Of a stretch of 64,000 nucleotides of DNA, positions 29,796 through 40,338 are shown in pieces. The notes below the pieces were generated by a model that saw only the letters and a list, made by a program, of their open reading frames with translations, did no database searches and was not told the DNA's origin. The translations under genes were made by a program, and so were the position numbers. Position 1 is the stretch's first letter; each line of letters starts with the position of its first letter. The DNA lies in the NCBI GenBank assembly GCA_019415525.1, contig DXZA01000081.1:17882-81881 (forward strand), given 5' to 3'. This DNA comes from Tyzzerella sp. (GTDB taxonomy: Bacteria > Bacillota > Clostridia > Lachnospirales > Anaerotignaceae).

Positions 29796-30593
29796 TTATT
29801 TTCCGTCAAAAAATGTTCCTATATCCATTCCTTCCATAATATCATCTATTATTTTAGGGTCATCTCCTTGTGCAATTACCATATGGATATTATTTTCACC
29901 ACACATTTTTGCAGCCTCAAGCTTTGTTGCCATTCCGCCAACACTATATTTTGAACCATTAGTACCTGCCATAGACATTATTTCATCTGTTATTTTTTCA
30001 ACATATGAAACTCTTTTCGCATCAGGATTTGATTTAGGGTCATCATCATAAAGTGCATCTATATCAGTAAGTATTATAAGCAAATCAGCCTTTGTAATTT
30101 CAGCAACAAGAGCAGAAAGTCTATCATTATCACTAAATTCAATTTCCTCTGTTGATATTGTGTCATTTGCATTTACAATAGGAATAATACCCATTTCAAA
30201 AAGTGTTTCAAATGTATTTTCGATATTATATCTTCTTTTTTCGATTTCAACATCATCTTTTGTCAAAAGAATTTGTGCCACGCTATGGTTATATTCCATA
30301 AAGAAATTTTGATAAATCTGCATAAGAACAGCTTGCCCAACAGCTGCTGCTGCCTGTTTTTTCTTAATTTCTTTTGGTCTTTCAGTAAAATTAAGTCTTA
30401 CAGAGCCAACCCCGATAGCACCTGATGAAACAAGTACAACATCTTTACCTTCATTAACAATATCAGAAAGAACCCATGCAAGTTTTTCAACTCTTTTAAG
30501 GTTCATCCTTCCATTATGAGGATATGTAATAGTAGATGTACCTACTTTAATAACTATTCTTTTACTTTCTTTAATTTTATCTCGTATGTTCAA
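29796..30593 (-). CDS. proB: glutamate 5-kinase (short form without PUA domain)
   Basis: Amino-acid kinase fold (VIKVGTS, VSSGAIG, GGMATK), 265 aa. Confidence 0.92.
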   Translation of the reverse strand: MNIRDKIKESKRIVIKVGTSTITYPHNGRMNLKRVEKLAWVLSDIVNEGKDVVLVSSGAIGVGSVRLNFTERPKEIKKKQAAAAVGQAVLMQIYQNFFMEYNHSVAQILLTKDDVEIEKRRYNIENTFETLFEMGIIPIVNANDTISTEEIEFSDNDRLSALVAEITKADLLIILTDIDALYDDDPKSNPDAKRVSYVEKITDEIMSMAGTNGSKYSVGGMATKLEAAKMCGENNIHMVIAQGDDPKIIDDIMEGMDIGTFFDGK

Positions 30594-30671
30594 AATAAAC
30601 GCCCTCCAAATTAGTTATATACATACAATTCTACTACAAAAAATAACTATTTCAAGTTAAATTTACAAAAT

Positions 30672-30699
30672 AAAAAAACGGAATATTAAATTCCGTTTT
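30672..30699 (-). terminator. intrinsic terminator after recN
   Basis: AAAACGGAAT/ATTCCGTTTT hairpin with a U-run on the minus strand. Confidence 0.8.
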
Positions 30700-30702
30700 A
30701 AA

Positions 30703-32394
30703 TCATAATTTTTTAAAATTATCAGCCTGAAGTTTCATATCTTTTGCAGCTTGTATAGTAGCTTCAGTTATAGATACGCCACCCATAAGTCGACCAATTT
30801 CATTTATAGCTTCTTCTCTTGTTAAACATGTGACATTTGTTGTTGTTTTATTATATTCTGAATGCTTTTCAATAAGAAAATGGTTATCTGCCATAGCTGC
30901 AATCTGCGGAAGATGTGTTATACATATAATCTGATTTTTAATACTTACTTTAGACATTTTTTCTGCTACTTTTTGTGCAGTTCTTCCGCTTACACCTGTA
31001 TCAATTTCATCAAATATAAATGTATCAATAGTATCAACTTCTGAAAGTATTGATTTTAATGCAAGCATTACTCTTGACATTTCTCCACCAGAAGCAATTT
31101 TCGCAAGAGGTTTTAATTCTTCCCCCATATTTGCAGATATAAGAAATTCAACATTGTCACGACCATTTGAAGTAAATGTATTTTTATCTGTTATATTAAT
31201 TTTAAAAGAAGCATTTTTCATTTCAAGGTCTTTAAGTTCTGTTTCTATAGCTTTTTCAATTATTTCTGCTTTTTCTTTTCTTATAATACTTATTTCATCA
31301 CAGATTTTGTTTATTTCTTTTTCAATATTATCTCTGTCACTATATAATTTTAAAAGTATTTCTTCGCTATTTTCTATAAATTCAAGTTCTTTAACTATTT
31401 TTTCATAAAAATTAAGTATATCGTCTATTGTTTTACCATATTTTCTTTTAAGACTATAAATTGTATTAAGTCTTTCATCTATACTTATTAATTCATCAGG
31501 GTCAGAGTCAATACCTCTAAAATATGATTTTAATTCATGACAAACATCATCAAGCAAAGCAGAAACTGTTTCTAAATTTTCTGCTATAGAAGAAACAGAA
31601 GGGTCTATCTCTTTAAGTGTATTTATATTATAAAGTGCATCTGATATATTATCTGATGCTGAAGAACCATTTTGTGATCCTTCATATAAAAGCTCAAGAC
31701 TTGTACCTGAAAGACGAACTATTTTTTCAAGATTTGAAAGTATTTTTCTTCTTTCATTAAGTTCTTCTTCTTCTCCTCTTTTTAGTTTAGCATTTTCAAT
31801 ATCTTCTTTTTGAAAATAGAGCATATCCATTCTTTGAGCTCTTTCCATTTCATTTCCGTTTAAATCATTAATAGATTTCATTATACCTTTATATTTATGA
31901 TATAATTCACCTAAAACAGAAAGCTTTTCTTCAAGAATTTGTCCACAAAATTTATCAAGCAAATATATATGTTTTTTAGGATTTAAAAGAGATTGATGTT
32001 CATGCTGTCCATGAACATCTATAAGTGACTCGGATATATTTTTTACCGTACCTGCTGTAACAATAGTACCATTTACTCTGCATACTGATTTTCCTGATGC
32101 ATTAAATGTTCTTGTAATTATTACAGAATAATCTTCTTCTGTCTCTATTCCATTTTCCAAAAGCAACGAATTTATATTTTTATTTCCTGAAAAAAGAAGT
32201 TCAACTCTTGCCATATCAGTATCTTTTCTAAGAAAATCTCTGTTAACCCTTCCACCTAAAGCAAAATTTATAGAATCAATGACCATTGATTTTCCTGCAC
32301 CTGTTTCTCCGGAAAGAATATTAAGACCTTCTTTAAATTTTATTTCGCTTTCCTCTATGAGTGCTACATTTTTTATGCGTATATTTTCAAGCAT
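30703..32394 (-). CDS. recN: DNA repair protein RecN
   Basis: SMC-like protein with Walker A GETGAGKS, a long coiled coil, signature SGGE and Walker B FIFDEIDTG. Confidence 0.95.
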   Translation of the reverse strand: MLENIRIKNVALIEESEIKFKEGLNILSGETGAGKSMVIDSINFALGGRVNRDFLRKDTDMARVELLFSGNKNINSLLLENGIETEEDYSVIITRTFNASGKSVCRVNGTIVTAGTVKNISESLIDVHGQHEHQSLLNPKKHIYLLDKFCGQILEEKLSVLGELYHKYKGIMKSINDLNGNEMERAQRMDMLYFQKEDIENAKLKRGEEEELNERRKILSNLEKIVRLSGTSLELLYEGSQNGSSASDNISDALYNINTLKEIDPSVSSIAENLETVSALLDDVCHELKSYFRGIDSDPDELISIDERLNTIYSLKRKYGKTIDDILNFYEKIVKELEFIENSEEILLKLYSDRDNIEKEINKICDEISIIRKEKAEIIEKAIETELKDLEMKNASFKINITDKNTFTSNGRDNVEFLISANMGEELKPLAKIASGGEMSRVMLALKSILSEVDTIDTFIFDEIDTGVSGRTAQKVAEKMSKVSIKNQIICITHLPQIAAMADNHFLIEKHSEYNKTTTNVTCLTREEAINEIGRLMGGVSITEATIQAAKDMKLQADNFKKL

Positions 32395-32409
32395 AGAGGT
32401 TTACCTCCC

Positions 32410-32865
32410 TTATTCAGTACGTATTACTTTATAAAGCTTCTCTATTATAGTAACTGCCTGTTGCGTACCTCTAGCAACACAAAATACAGTATCGTCCCCT
32501 GCTATTGTACCAAGTATTTCACTATTTTGCATACTATCAAGAGCAACTGCAACCGCCATACCCATACCATTAAGAGTTTTTATAACTATCATATTTTGAG
32601 AATAATCCATTTTTATAACAGCTTCTCTAAATACTCTTATAAGTCTTTCAGAAAGTTCATTATCTGTATTTGATAAAACTGAATATTTCTGTCTACCATT
32701 TTCTGTTGCTATTTTTGTAAGTTTCATTTCTCTAATATCACGAGAAACAGTAGCTTGTGTTACATCAAATCCAGCTTCTTTAAGCTTTTGTGCAAGTTCT
32801 TCTTGTGTTTCAATAGAATTTTTTTCTATAAGGTCCAAAATTTTTGCTTGTCTTGCTATTTTCAT
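32410..32865 (-). CDS. argR: arginine repressor
   Basis: Winged-helix N-terminus (TQATVSRDI) and C-terminal GTIAGDDT motif. Confidence 0.93.
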   Translation of the reverse strand: MKIARQAKILDLIEKNSIETQEELAQKLKEAGFDVTQATVSRDIREMKLTKIATENGRQKYSVLSNTDNELSERLIRVFREAVIKMDYSQNMIVIKTLNGMGMAVAVALDSMQNSEILGTIAGDDTVFCVARGTQQAVTIIEKLYKVIRTE

Positions 32866-32880
32866 AAACTAACCTCCATT

Positions 32881-33729
32881 TTACAGTTTTTCTCTAAGTA
32901 TATCATAAAAACTTTTCATCTCTGTTTTTATGATAGTAGTACAATAATTTGATTTTTTTATTTTGACAACGTCATTTTTTTTAAGCTTTATACCATCTTG
33001 ACCATCTGCACTTAATATAAACTCACTATCATCATATTGACCTTTCATAGCCATAGTTATAACATCATCAGCAGATACAACTATTGAACGAGAATACATA
33101 TTATGAGGACATATAGGAGTTATAGAAATAATCTGTGTATCGGGCTTTAATATAGGTCCTCCTGCCGAAAGATTATACGCTGTTGAACCTGTTGGAGTTG
33201 ATATTATTATTCCGTCTGCTCTTATTGTATCAAGATATTCTTTATTTACATATACATCTATTTCAACAAGCTTTGAAAACATACCTCTTGTTATACATAT
33301 ATCATTAAGTGCCAATTCACTTTTTTTATCTTTACTATAAGAATTAATATATGCTTCTATCATAAGACGTTTTTCAATTTTATAATCATTATTAAGTAAT
33401 TTTTCAATAGCCTTTTCAGCACCTTCATTATCAGCTGCTGTAAGAAAACCAAGATTTCCAAGATTTATACCTAAAAGAGGTGTATTATATTCTGCTGTTT
33501 TTCTTCCTATTCCTAAAAGTGTACCATCTCCACCAAGTACAATAAGAAAATTTGATATTGAAAAAAGCCTATTTTCTTCTATTCCATATTTATCCATATT
33601 ATATTCTTTTGCAATATTATAAGGTATATATGGACAACAATTTTTTGTTTCCAAAAAAGATATAAGCCTTTTTGTAACAGCCAAATCTGGGTCTTTTTCA
33701 ATATTAGGCATTATTCCTGCAATAACCAT
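32881..33729 (-). CDS. nadK: NAD kinase
   Basis: GGDGTLL motif and STPTGSTAY motif. Confidence 0.93.
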   Translation of the reverse strand: MVIAGIMPNIEKDPDLAVTKRLISFLETKNCCPYIPYNIAKEYNMDKYGIEENRLFSISNFLIVLGGDGTLLGIGRKTAEYNTPLLGINLGNLGFLTAADNEGAEKAIEKLLNNDYKIEKRLMIEAYINSYSKDKKSELALNDICITRGMFSKLVEIDVYVNKEYLDTIRADGIIISTPTGSTAYNLSAGGPILKPDTQIISITPICPHNMYSRSIVVSADDVITMAMKGQYDDSEFILSADGQDGIKLKKNDVVKIKKSNYCTTIIKTEMKSFYDILREKL

Positions 33730-33746
33730 AATTTCACCACCAAATA

Positions 33747-34559
33747 TTAATCAAGAACATCATGTGATGCATTTGTTATTTCATTAGCAAGAGAGTATGC
33801 TTCTTCTTTTGTAAGACCAGCATTTTTTCTATCAAGATATATAAGGTATTCTATATTACCCTCTGGACCTTTTATAGGTGAAAAACTTAAATTTATAATA
33901 TTAAGACCATTTTCAAAAGCAAAATCCATAATTTTAAGTATAACCTCTTTATGAACACTTATATCTTTAACAACACCTTTTTTACCTACTTTTTCTCTGC
34001 CTGCCTCAAATTGTGGTTTTATAAGACATACAAGCTGACCTGCCTCACCAAGAATTCCAAGGGCTGCCGGAATAATTTTTGTAAGCGATATAAAAGAAAC
34101 GTCAACAGAAGCAAAATCTGCTTCTTCCGGTATCTGTTCATGAGTTACATATCTCATATTTGTTTTTTCCATACATACAACTCTTGGGTCATTTCTTAAT
34201 TTCCAAGCAAACTGACCATATCCAACATCTATTGAATATACTTTTTTCGCACCATTTTGAAGCATACAATCAGTAAAGCCACCTGTAGATGCACCTATAT
34301 CCATACAAACTTTATCTTGAAGGCTAACACCAAATTCATTTATAGCTTTTTCAAGTTTATATCCTCCACGGCTAACATATTTCATTTCGCCGCCCTTTAC
34401 CTCTATTTTTGCATTTACATCTATTTTAGTACCTGCCTTGTCCTCTTTCATTCCATCAACATATACATTACCTGCCATAATAACTGCCTTTGCAAGTTCT
34501 CTGGAATTTACAAGATTATTTTTAACAAGAAGTACATCAAGTCTTTCTTTATCTGCCAT
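33747..34559 (-). CDS. tlyA: TlyA-family rRNA 2'-O-methyltransferase
   Basis: S4 domain at the N-terminus and FtsJ-like SAM motif DIGASTGGFTD. Confidence 0.9.
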   Translation of the reverse strand: MADKERLDVLLVKNNLVNSRELAKAVIMAGNVYVDGMKEDKAGTKIDVNAKIEVKGGEMKYVSRGGYKLEKAINEFGVSLQDKVCMDIGASTGGFTDCMLQNGAKKVYSIDVGYGQFAWKLRNDPRVVCMEKTNMRYVTHEQIPEEADFASVDVSFISLTKIIPAALGILGEAGQLVCLIKPQFEAGREKVGKKGVVKDISVHKEVILKIMDFAFENGLNIINLSFSPIKGPEGNIEYLIYLDRKNAGLTKEEAYSLANEITNASHDVLD

Positions 34560-34595
34560 ATTTTTTTCCTCTATACATAAATTTATTTTTATTAA

Positions 34596-35021
34596 TTAAA
34601 ATAACATACCTACTACAATACCAAGAATAGCACCTGCTACTACCTGTATAGGTGTATGTCCTAAAAGTTCTTTTAACTGTTCTTCTGGTTTAAGTCCACT
34701 ATGAAAAAGTAATTTATTAAGCATAGCCGCTTGTTTTCCTGCTTCAAGTCGCACATTTGCAGCATCATACATTACAACAAATGAAAAAACAAGTGCCACA
34801 GCAAAAGACGGAACATTAAATCCATATATTCTTCCTATATTAAAAGTAAGAGCCATAACAAAAGCTGTATGTGAACTAGGCATACCACCAGAACCATATA
34901 ACCTTGTTAAGTCAAGTCTTTTTTCAGAAAAAAGTGTAAGTATTACTTTTATTACTTGTGCAGCAAGCCAACTAACAACACCAGCCCATATAGGAGTATT
35001 ACTTAAAAATTCATTTATCAT
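34596..35021 (-). CDS. divergent PAP2-family membrane protein (YuiD/DUF212-like)
   Basis: 141 aa, polytopic, with GGMPSSHTA motif. Confidence 0.75.
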   Translation of the reverse strand: MINEFLSNTPIWAGVVSWLAAQVIKVILTLFSEKRLDLTRLYGSGGMPSSHTAFVMALTFNIGRIYGFNVPSFAVALVFSFVVMYDAANVRLEAGKQAAMLNKLLFHSGLKPEEQLKELLGHTPIQVVAGAILGIVVGMLF

Positions 35022-35047
35022 TATATACCTCTTTTCTGTTTTAAATA

Positions 35048-35932
35048 TTAAAAACTTCTTTTTATAAGGTATTTTGTAAGTGATGAAAGAAAATCTGATT
35101 TCCCTTTAAAATTTTCTATTATTTCTATTGCTTCATTGGAAAGTCTTTCTACTTCTTCTTTTGACTTTTCTAATCCATACATAGAAACATATGTTATTTT
35201 ATCATTTCTTTCATCACTTCCCACAGGCTTTCCAAGAACCTCTGTTGTACTTATAACATCAAGAATATCATCTTGTATTTGGAAAGCTATACCAATCTTT
35301 TCGCCTGCTTTTCCAATAAGTCCAATATCTTTATCATCAGCACCTGCAATACATGCACCAGCTTTTAAAGCTCCTTCAATCATTGCAGCTGTTTTATTTT
35401 TGTGTATAAACTCAAGAGTTTCTCCATCTATTTTTTTACCTTCACTACAAACATCAACAACTTGTCCTGAAAGCATTCCATATACTCCTGCACCATGACT
35501 TATAGCTTGCATAGCTTTTATAGACTCAATACTATTTTGTTTTACACAAGCATTAGCCATAGTTTCCATTGCATGGTGAAGAAGTCCGTCACCTACAAGT
35601 ATAGCTATATCTTCACCAAATTTTTTATGACTTGTAAGTCTTCCTCTTCTATAATCATCATTATCCATAGCTGGAAGGTCATCATGGATAAGTGAATATG
35701 TGTGAATCATTTCAATAGCAGCAGCAAAAGGTTCTGCATTTTTAATATTTCCACCAAACATTTCACAAGCTGCCATAACCATAATAGGTCTAAGTCTTTT
35801 GCCACCTGCAAAAATACTATATCTCATAGCTTCAAAAATAATATTTGGATATTCTGTTTCTTTTGGTATAAAATTTTCTAATATATTCTCACAATATTCT
35901 ATTCTTTGTTTTAAATCACTTTTAAAATCCAT
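35048..35932 (-). CDS. ispA: (2E,6E)-farnesyl/geranylgeranyl diphosphate synthase
   Basis: First and second aspartate-rich motifs, LIHDDLPAMDNDDYRRG and FQIQDDILD. Confidence 0.92.
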   Translation of the reverse strand: MDFKSDLKQRIEYCENILENFIPKETEYPNIIFEAMRYSIFAGGKRLRPIMVMAACEMFGGNIKNAEPFAAAIEMIHTYSLIHDDLPAMDNDDYRRGRLTSHKKFGEDIAILVGDGLLHHAMETMANACVKQNSIESIKAMQAISHGAGVYGMLSGQVVDVCSEGKKIDGETLEFIHKNKTAAMIEGALKAGACIAGADDKDIGLIGKAGEKIGIAFQIQDDILDVISTTEVLGKPVGSDERNDKITYVSMYGLEKSKEEVERLSNEAIEIIENFKGKSDFLSSLTKYLIKRSF

Positions 35933-35937
35933 AATTA

Positions 35938-36177
35938 TTAATCCTCCTTTACAGCTTCAAAGGTTTTTTGTGAAAATCTTCCGTTTATATCTTTTTGAAG
36001 AAGTTTGACTTCTTCTTCCATTCCATTAAGTTTTTCTCTACATATAAGTGAAAGTTCCATTCCTTGTTTATATAGCTGTATGGATTTTTCGAGAGGTATA
36101 TCATTATTTTCAAGGTCATAAACTATACTTTCTATTTTAGAAAGTGCTTCCTCAAAAGAAATATTTTTTTTTGCCAA
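35938..36177 (-). CDS. xseB: exodeoxyribonuclease VII small subunit
   Basis: 79 aa with FEEALSKIESIV...LEKSIQLYKQG, typical of XseB, directly downstream of xseA. Confidence 0.92.
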   Translation of the reverse strand: MAKKNISFEEALSKIESIVYDLENNDIPLEKSIQLYKQGMELSLICREKLNGMEEEVKLLQKDINGRFSQKTFEAVKED

Positions 36178-36181
36178 AATA

Positions 36182-37396
36182 TCACCACTCTCTTTTTATA
36201 ATATCTTTAACTTGTGCCTTTACTTCACCGTCTTTAAATAATATTTTTATATTATCATCTAAATCTATATCATCAATGGTTTTTATATTTTTACCCCTGT
36301 TATTTTCAATTATAGTATAGCCTTTTTTTAACATTGCAAAAGGCGAAAGCAATTCCATTTTATTTAACAATCTTTCAAAAACAATATTTTTTTCTATCAA
36401 TTTTGATTTTATAATATTATCCATTTGTTTTTCCAAATTACTGATATAAATTTCATTATCAGTAATATTATCCATAGGTCTTTTAAAAAATCTTCTTTCC
36501 ATAAGATTTTCAAGTCTGTTTTTTTCGTATTCAATTCTTGAATTTATATTCGAATTAAGATTTTCAATAATATTATCAAGTCTTTCATTATCAAATTCTC
36601 TATTATTTACAGCAAGTTCTGCTGCCGCTGAAGGTGTTGGTGCTCTTAAATCAGAAACAAAATCCACTATTGTAAAATCTGTTTCATGTCCAACAGCAGA
36701 TATAATAGGAATTTCAGAAGCAAAAACAGCTCTTGCTACTTTTTCATCATTAAATGCTTGAAGGTCTTCCATAGACCCTCCACCTCGTCCTAAAATCAAA
36801 GTGTCACATTTTCCCCATTCATTTGCAAGTTTAATTGCAGAAACTATTGAGTCAACAGCATTTTCACCTTGTACAAGAGCAGGTATTACAACTATTTTTA
36901 CACTATCATTTCTTCTTTTTGATATATTTATAATATCTCTTATTGCTGCACCTACAGGAGATGTTATAACACCTATACATTTAGGATATTTACATATTTC
37001 TCTCTTATAATCTTCATCAAAAAGCCCTTCAGATTCCAATTTAGCTTTTAACTGTTCAAAGGCAGTATTAAGAGCCCCCGCCCCCAGAGGCTCCATAAGT
37101 TCTGCATAAAGCTGATACTGACCTGTTTTTTCATATATGGAAACATAACCGCATATTACAACAGACATACCATTTTCAGGTATAAAAGGTAATATATCTG
37201 CACTGCCTTTAAACATAACGCAATTAATAGCCGCACTATTATCTTTAAGCGTAAAATACATATGGCCTGTTGAGTGATATTTAAAATTAGAAATTTCACC
37301 TTTAACCCAAAGACTATTTAATATAAAATCATTTTCTATAAGATTTTTTATATAATGGTTTATCTGTCCAACAGAAAAAATTTTAGGTTCTATCAT
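36182..37396 (-). CDS. xseA: exodeoxyribonuclease VII large subunit
   Basis: OB-fold N-terminus (VKGEISNFK..HSTGHMYFTLKD) and catalytic region (RGGGS, GHETD). Confidence 0.95.
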   Translation of the reverse strand: MIEPKIFSVGQINHYIKNLIENDFILNSLWVKGEISNFKYHSTGHMYFTLKDNSAAINCVMFKGSADILPFIPENGMSVVICGYVSIYEKTGQYQLYAELMEPLGAGALNTAFEQLKAKLESEGLFDEDYKREICKYPKCIGVITSPVGAAIRDIINISKRRNDSVKIVVIPALVQGENAVDSIVSAIKLANEWGKCDTLILGRGGGSMEDLQAFNDEKVARAVFASEIPIISAVGHETDFTIVDFVSDLRAPTPSAAAELAVNNREFDNERLDNIIENLNSNINSRIEYEKNRLENLMERRFFKRPMDNITDNEIYISNLEKQMDNIIKSKLIEKNIVFERLLNKMELLSPFAMLKKGYTIIENNRGKNIKTIDDIDLDDNIKILFKDGEVKAQVKDIIKREW

Positions 37397-37423
37397 TCTA
37401 TATCTCCATATTTTAAAATTGTT

Positions 37424-37816
37424 TTATACAAGCTTTCCAAGAATACCGTTTACAAATGAAGGTGAACTGTCTGAACTATATTCTTTTGCAAGCTCAACAG
37501 CTTCATTTATAACAACACTTGCAGGTGTTTCTGTATCAAATTTAAGTTCATAAACAGCAAGTCTTAATATAGCAAGGTCTACATTTGCCATTCTTTTTGT
37601 ATCCCATTTTCTAGCAACACTGTTTATAAGCTCATCTATTTCTTCAGTATGCTCTCTTACACCAATTACAGTGTTAATAATAAAATCTTTTTCACTTTGT
37701 GTAAGTTCCATTTCAGCTTCTTCAAAGAATATTCTCTTTGTTTCTTCTTCATTATCTGTAAATCCAAGCTGGAAAAGTAATGTAAATGCATTTCTTCTAA
37801 CATCTCTACGACGCAT
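37424..37816 (-). CDS. nusB: transcription antitermination factor NusB
   Basis: 130 aa with a MRRRDVR..AF N-terminus and FVNGILG C-terminal motif. Confidence 0.93.
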   Translation of the reverse strand: MRRRDVRRNAFTLLFQLGFTDNEEETKRIFFEEAEMELTQSEKDFIINTVIGVREHTEEIDELINSVARKWDTKRMANVDLAILRLAVYELKFDTETPASVVINEAVELAKEYSSDSSPSFVNGILGKLV

Positions 37817-37842
37817 AAATTATCCTCCTGATATTTAACTAC

Positions 37843-37868
37843 AAAAAGGCGGAAGTAAAACCTCCGCC
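37843..37868 (-). terminator. intrinsic terminator after the asp23-like gene
   Basis: Minus-strand RNA has a GGCGGA...UCCGCC stem followed by U5. Confidence 0.7.
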
Positions 37869-37881
37869 CCATTGAAAATTT

Positions 37882-38259
37882 TTATTCTTCCTCTTCTGTC
37901 TTTGGTTTTTTGCTATTAGTAGCTATACCTGTAATATTTACATTTACAAGCATAACTTCAAGCCCTGTCATTGTTTCAACAGCATTTTTAATCTTTTTCT
38001 GTACTTCAAGTGCAACATTTTGTACTTTAAAGCCGAATTCAACTATAATATCGACTTCAACACTTACTTCTCCACCATCAGCACATACTTTAACACCTTT
38101 TGACTGACTTTTTTTACCAAAAAGTTCAACAAAAGTATCTGTTGCATTTCCTGAAGCAGAATAAACACCTTCAACTTCACGTGAAGCTGTTCCAGCAATA
38201 ATTGCAATAACTTCATCTGCTATCTGAATTTGTCCAATAGATGTATTATTTTCAGTCAT
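37882..38259 (-). CDS. Asp23/Gls24-family alkaline shock protein
   Basis: IADEVIAIIAG...GVKV...V.V.I motif pattern. The ATG at 38259 lies behind AGGAGG. Confidence 0.88.
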   Translation of the reverse strand: MTENNTSIGQIQIADEVIAIIAGTASREVEGVYSASGNATDTFVELFGKKSQSKGVKVCADGGEVSVEVDIIVEFGFKVQNVALEVQKKIKNAVETMTGLEVMLVNVNITGIATNSKKPKTEEEE

Positions 38260-38371
38260 ATATTTACCTCCTGACAATTGCTTTATATAAAATAAAGTAT
38301 ATTCGTGTTGCAAATAATTTTATACATACTACAATTTATATTATACCATTTTTTTTATTATTTGCAATTTT

Positions 38372-38405
38372 AAAAACCATAAATTATGCATATTATGCAT
38401 AATTT
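38372..38405 (-). terminator. AU-rich palindromic terminator after the SNF transporter gene
   Basis: Perfect 12-bp arms AAATTATGCATA/TATGCATAATTT at 38381-38405, with a U-run a few nt downstream on the minus strand. Confidence 0.55.
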
Positions 38406-39726
38406 AACCTATTCCCTTAAATATAATATTAAGTATATAAACAACAAGTGTTATGCCTACAAAAAGATATTTTGAAGCAGGTTCAAACCATTTTCCAATC
38501 TTTTTATTTCTTCCAAGCTGTACTTGTTCTCTTGCATATCCTTTTTCACATACCCAATAAAACATTATTCCTGCAAGAAGTGCTCCAAGTGGTATTATAT
38601 ATATTGAAACACCATCCATCCAAGCACCTACTGCATCTCCACTTTCTATAAATACACCAACACCAATGGCAATAACAGAAATTATTAATGATGAAACAAA
38701 TCTTGATAAACCAAATTTTTCTTGTAATGCTTCAACAGGTGTTTCAAAAAGATTCATAAGTGATGTTACAGCTGCAAAAAGAACAGCAATAAAGAATATT
38801 ATTGCAAAAAGTTGTCCCATAGGCATAAGTTTAAATACACTTGGCATTGTAATAAACATAAGTGGAGGGCCAGATGCAGGGTCAAACCCAAATGCAAAAA
38901 CAGCCGGTATTATTACAAGTCCTGCAAGAAGTGCTGCACAAGTATCAAAGAAAGCTACATTTTTAGCACAATTTATTATATCTTCATCTTTTTTAAGATA
39001 ACTTCCATATACTATTGTACCAGAACCAGCAACAGATAATGAGAAAAATGCTTGTCCAAGAGCATAAACCCACGTATCTGGATTTTTTAAAAGTTCCCAA
39101 TCTGGATTTAAAAGATATTCATATCCCTTTTGTGCTCCATCAAGTGTAAAAACTCTTATTGCAAGTATTATAAAAAGAAAGAAAAATGCAGGCATAAGAA
39201 CTTTATTAATTCTTTCTATACCTTTTGACACTCCCATTACCATCATAAAAAATACAATTATAATACCTAAAATATGCCAACCAATACTTCCAAAATTTTC
39301 AGAAAGGTCAACAAAATATTGTACAGAATCACTTGCAAAAACTGAACCAGTTATTGAACCTATAAGAAAATTTATTATCCAACCAACAACAACTGCATAA
39401 CCTATGGCTATTCCAAGAGAACCTATAACAGGTATAATTCCAATAAATTCTCCCCATTTTCCACCTCTTCTCATTGCTGCTTTTTTAAATGCACCAAGAG
39501 GTCCTGTTCCCATAGCTCTACCAAATGCCATTTCACCAGCAACACCTGTAAAACCAAGAAATATAACAAATATGAAATAAGGTATAAGAAAAGCTCCTCC
39601 ACCATACTGTCCAGCACGATAAGGAAACATCCATATATTACCCATTCCTACGGCAGAACCGATACATGCAAGTATAAATCCTATACGAGAACTAAAAGCT
39701 TCTCGCTTTTTAGTTTTGTCTTGCAT
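38404..39726 (-). CDS. sodium-dependent transporter, SNF (neurotransmitter:sodium symporter) family
   Basis: GMGNIWMFPY motif and about 11-12 TM helices, 440 aa. Confidence 0.9.
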   Translation of the reverse strand: MQDKTKKREAFSSRIGFILACIGSAVGMGNIWMFPYRAGQYGGGAFLIPYFIFVIFLGFTGVAGEMAFGRAMGTGPLGAFKKAAMRRGGKWGEFIGIIPVIGSLGIAIGYAVVVGWIINFLIGSITGSVFASDSVQYFVDLSENFGSIGWHILGIIIVFFMMVMGVSKGIERINKVLMPAFFFLFIILAIRVFTLDGAQKGYEYLLNPDWELLKNPDTWVYALGQAFFSLSVAGSGTIVYGSYLKKDEDIINCAKNVAFFDTCAALLAGLVIIPAVFAFGFDPASGPPLMFITMPSVFKLMPMGQLFAIIFFIAVLFAAVTSLMNLFETPVEALQEKFGLSRFVSSLIISVIAIGVGVFIESGDAVGAWMDGVSIYIIPLGALLAGIMFYWVCEKGYAREQVQLGRNKKIGKWFEPASKYLFVGITLVVYILNIIFKGIG

Positions 39727-39840
39727 AAAAATCCCCCTTCTTTTTTTTTAGTTAGAATATATTATAGCATAAAAATGCATTAAATATATTAAAACTTATA
39801 TATTATATATTAAAATTTGCTTACAAAATATATTATAAAA

Positions 39841-39875
39841 AAAAGCTAAATAACAATATTGTTATTTAGCTTTTT
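39841..39875 (-). terminator. intrinsic terminator after dut
   Basis: AAGCTAAATAACAATATTGTTATTTAGCTT hairpin with a U-run. Confidence 0.8.
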
Positions 39876-39885
39876 ATAAATATAA

Positions 39886-40323
39886 TTATTTTCTTCCAGT
39901 TGAGCCAAAACCACCTTCGCCTCTAACTGTTTCTGAAAGTTCAGAAACTTCATTAAATTCTACTGATAAGAAAGGTGTTACAACAAGCTGAGCTATTCTT
40001 TCTTTTGCTTCTATTACAGCATCATTATTACTATGATTATGTAAAAATACAAGTATCTCTCCTCTATAATCTGCATCAACAACACCTACTTTATTTGCAG
40101 GTGCAAGACCTTTTTTTGTAGCAAGACCACTTCTTGCATATACAAGACCTGCATATCCTTCAGGTATTTCAACAGCTATACCTGTTGGAACTTTAACTGT
40201 TTCGCCTGCTTTAACAACTATATCTTCCTCTATACAAGCGTATAAATCATATCCAGCTGCAAATTCACTACCTCTTGTAGGAATAACTGCATTTTCATTT
40301 ACTTTTTTTAAATTAATAACCAT
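39886..40323 (-). CDS. dut: dUTP diphosphatase
   Basis: Trimeric dUTPase motifs (AAGYDL, RSGLA, GVVDADYRGE, RGEGGFGSTG). Confidence 0.95.
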   Translation of the reverse strand: MVINLKKVNENAVIPTRGSEFAAGYDLYACIEEDIVVKAGETVKVPTGIAVEIPEGYAGLVYARSGLATKKGLAPANKVGVVDADYRGEILVFLHNHSNNDAVIEAKERIAQLVVTPFLSVEFNEVSELSETVRGEGGFGSTGRK

Positions 40324-40338
40324 TTTAATTCTCCACCA

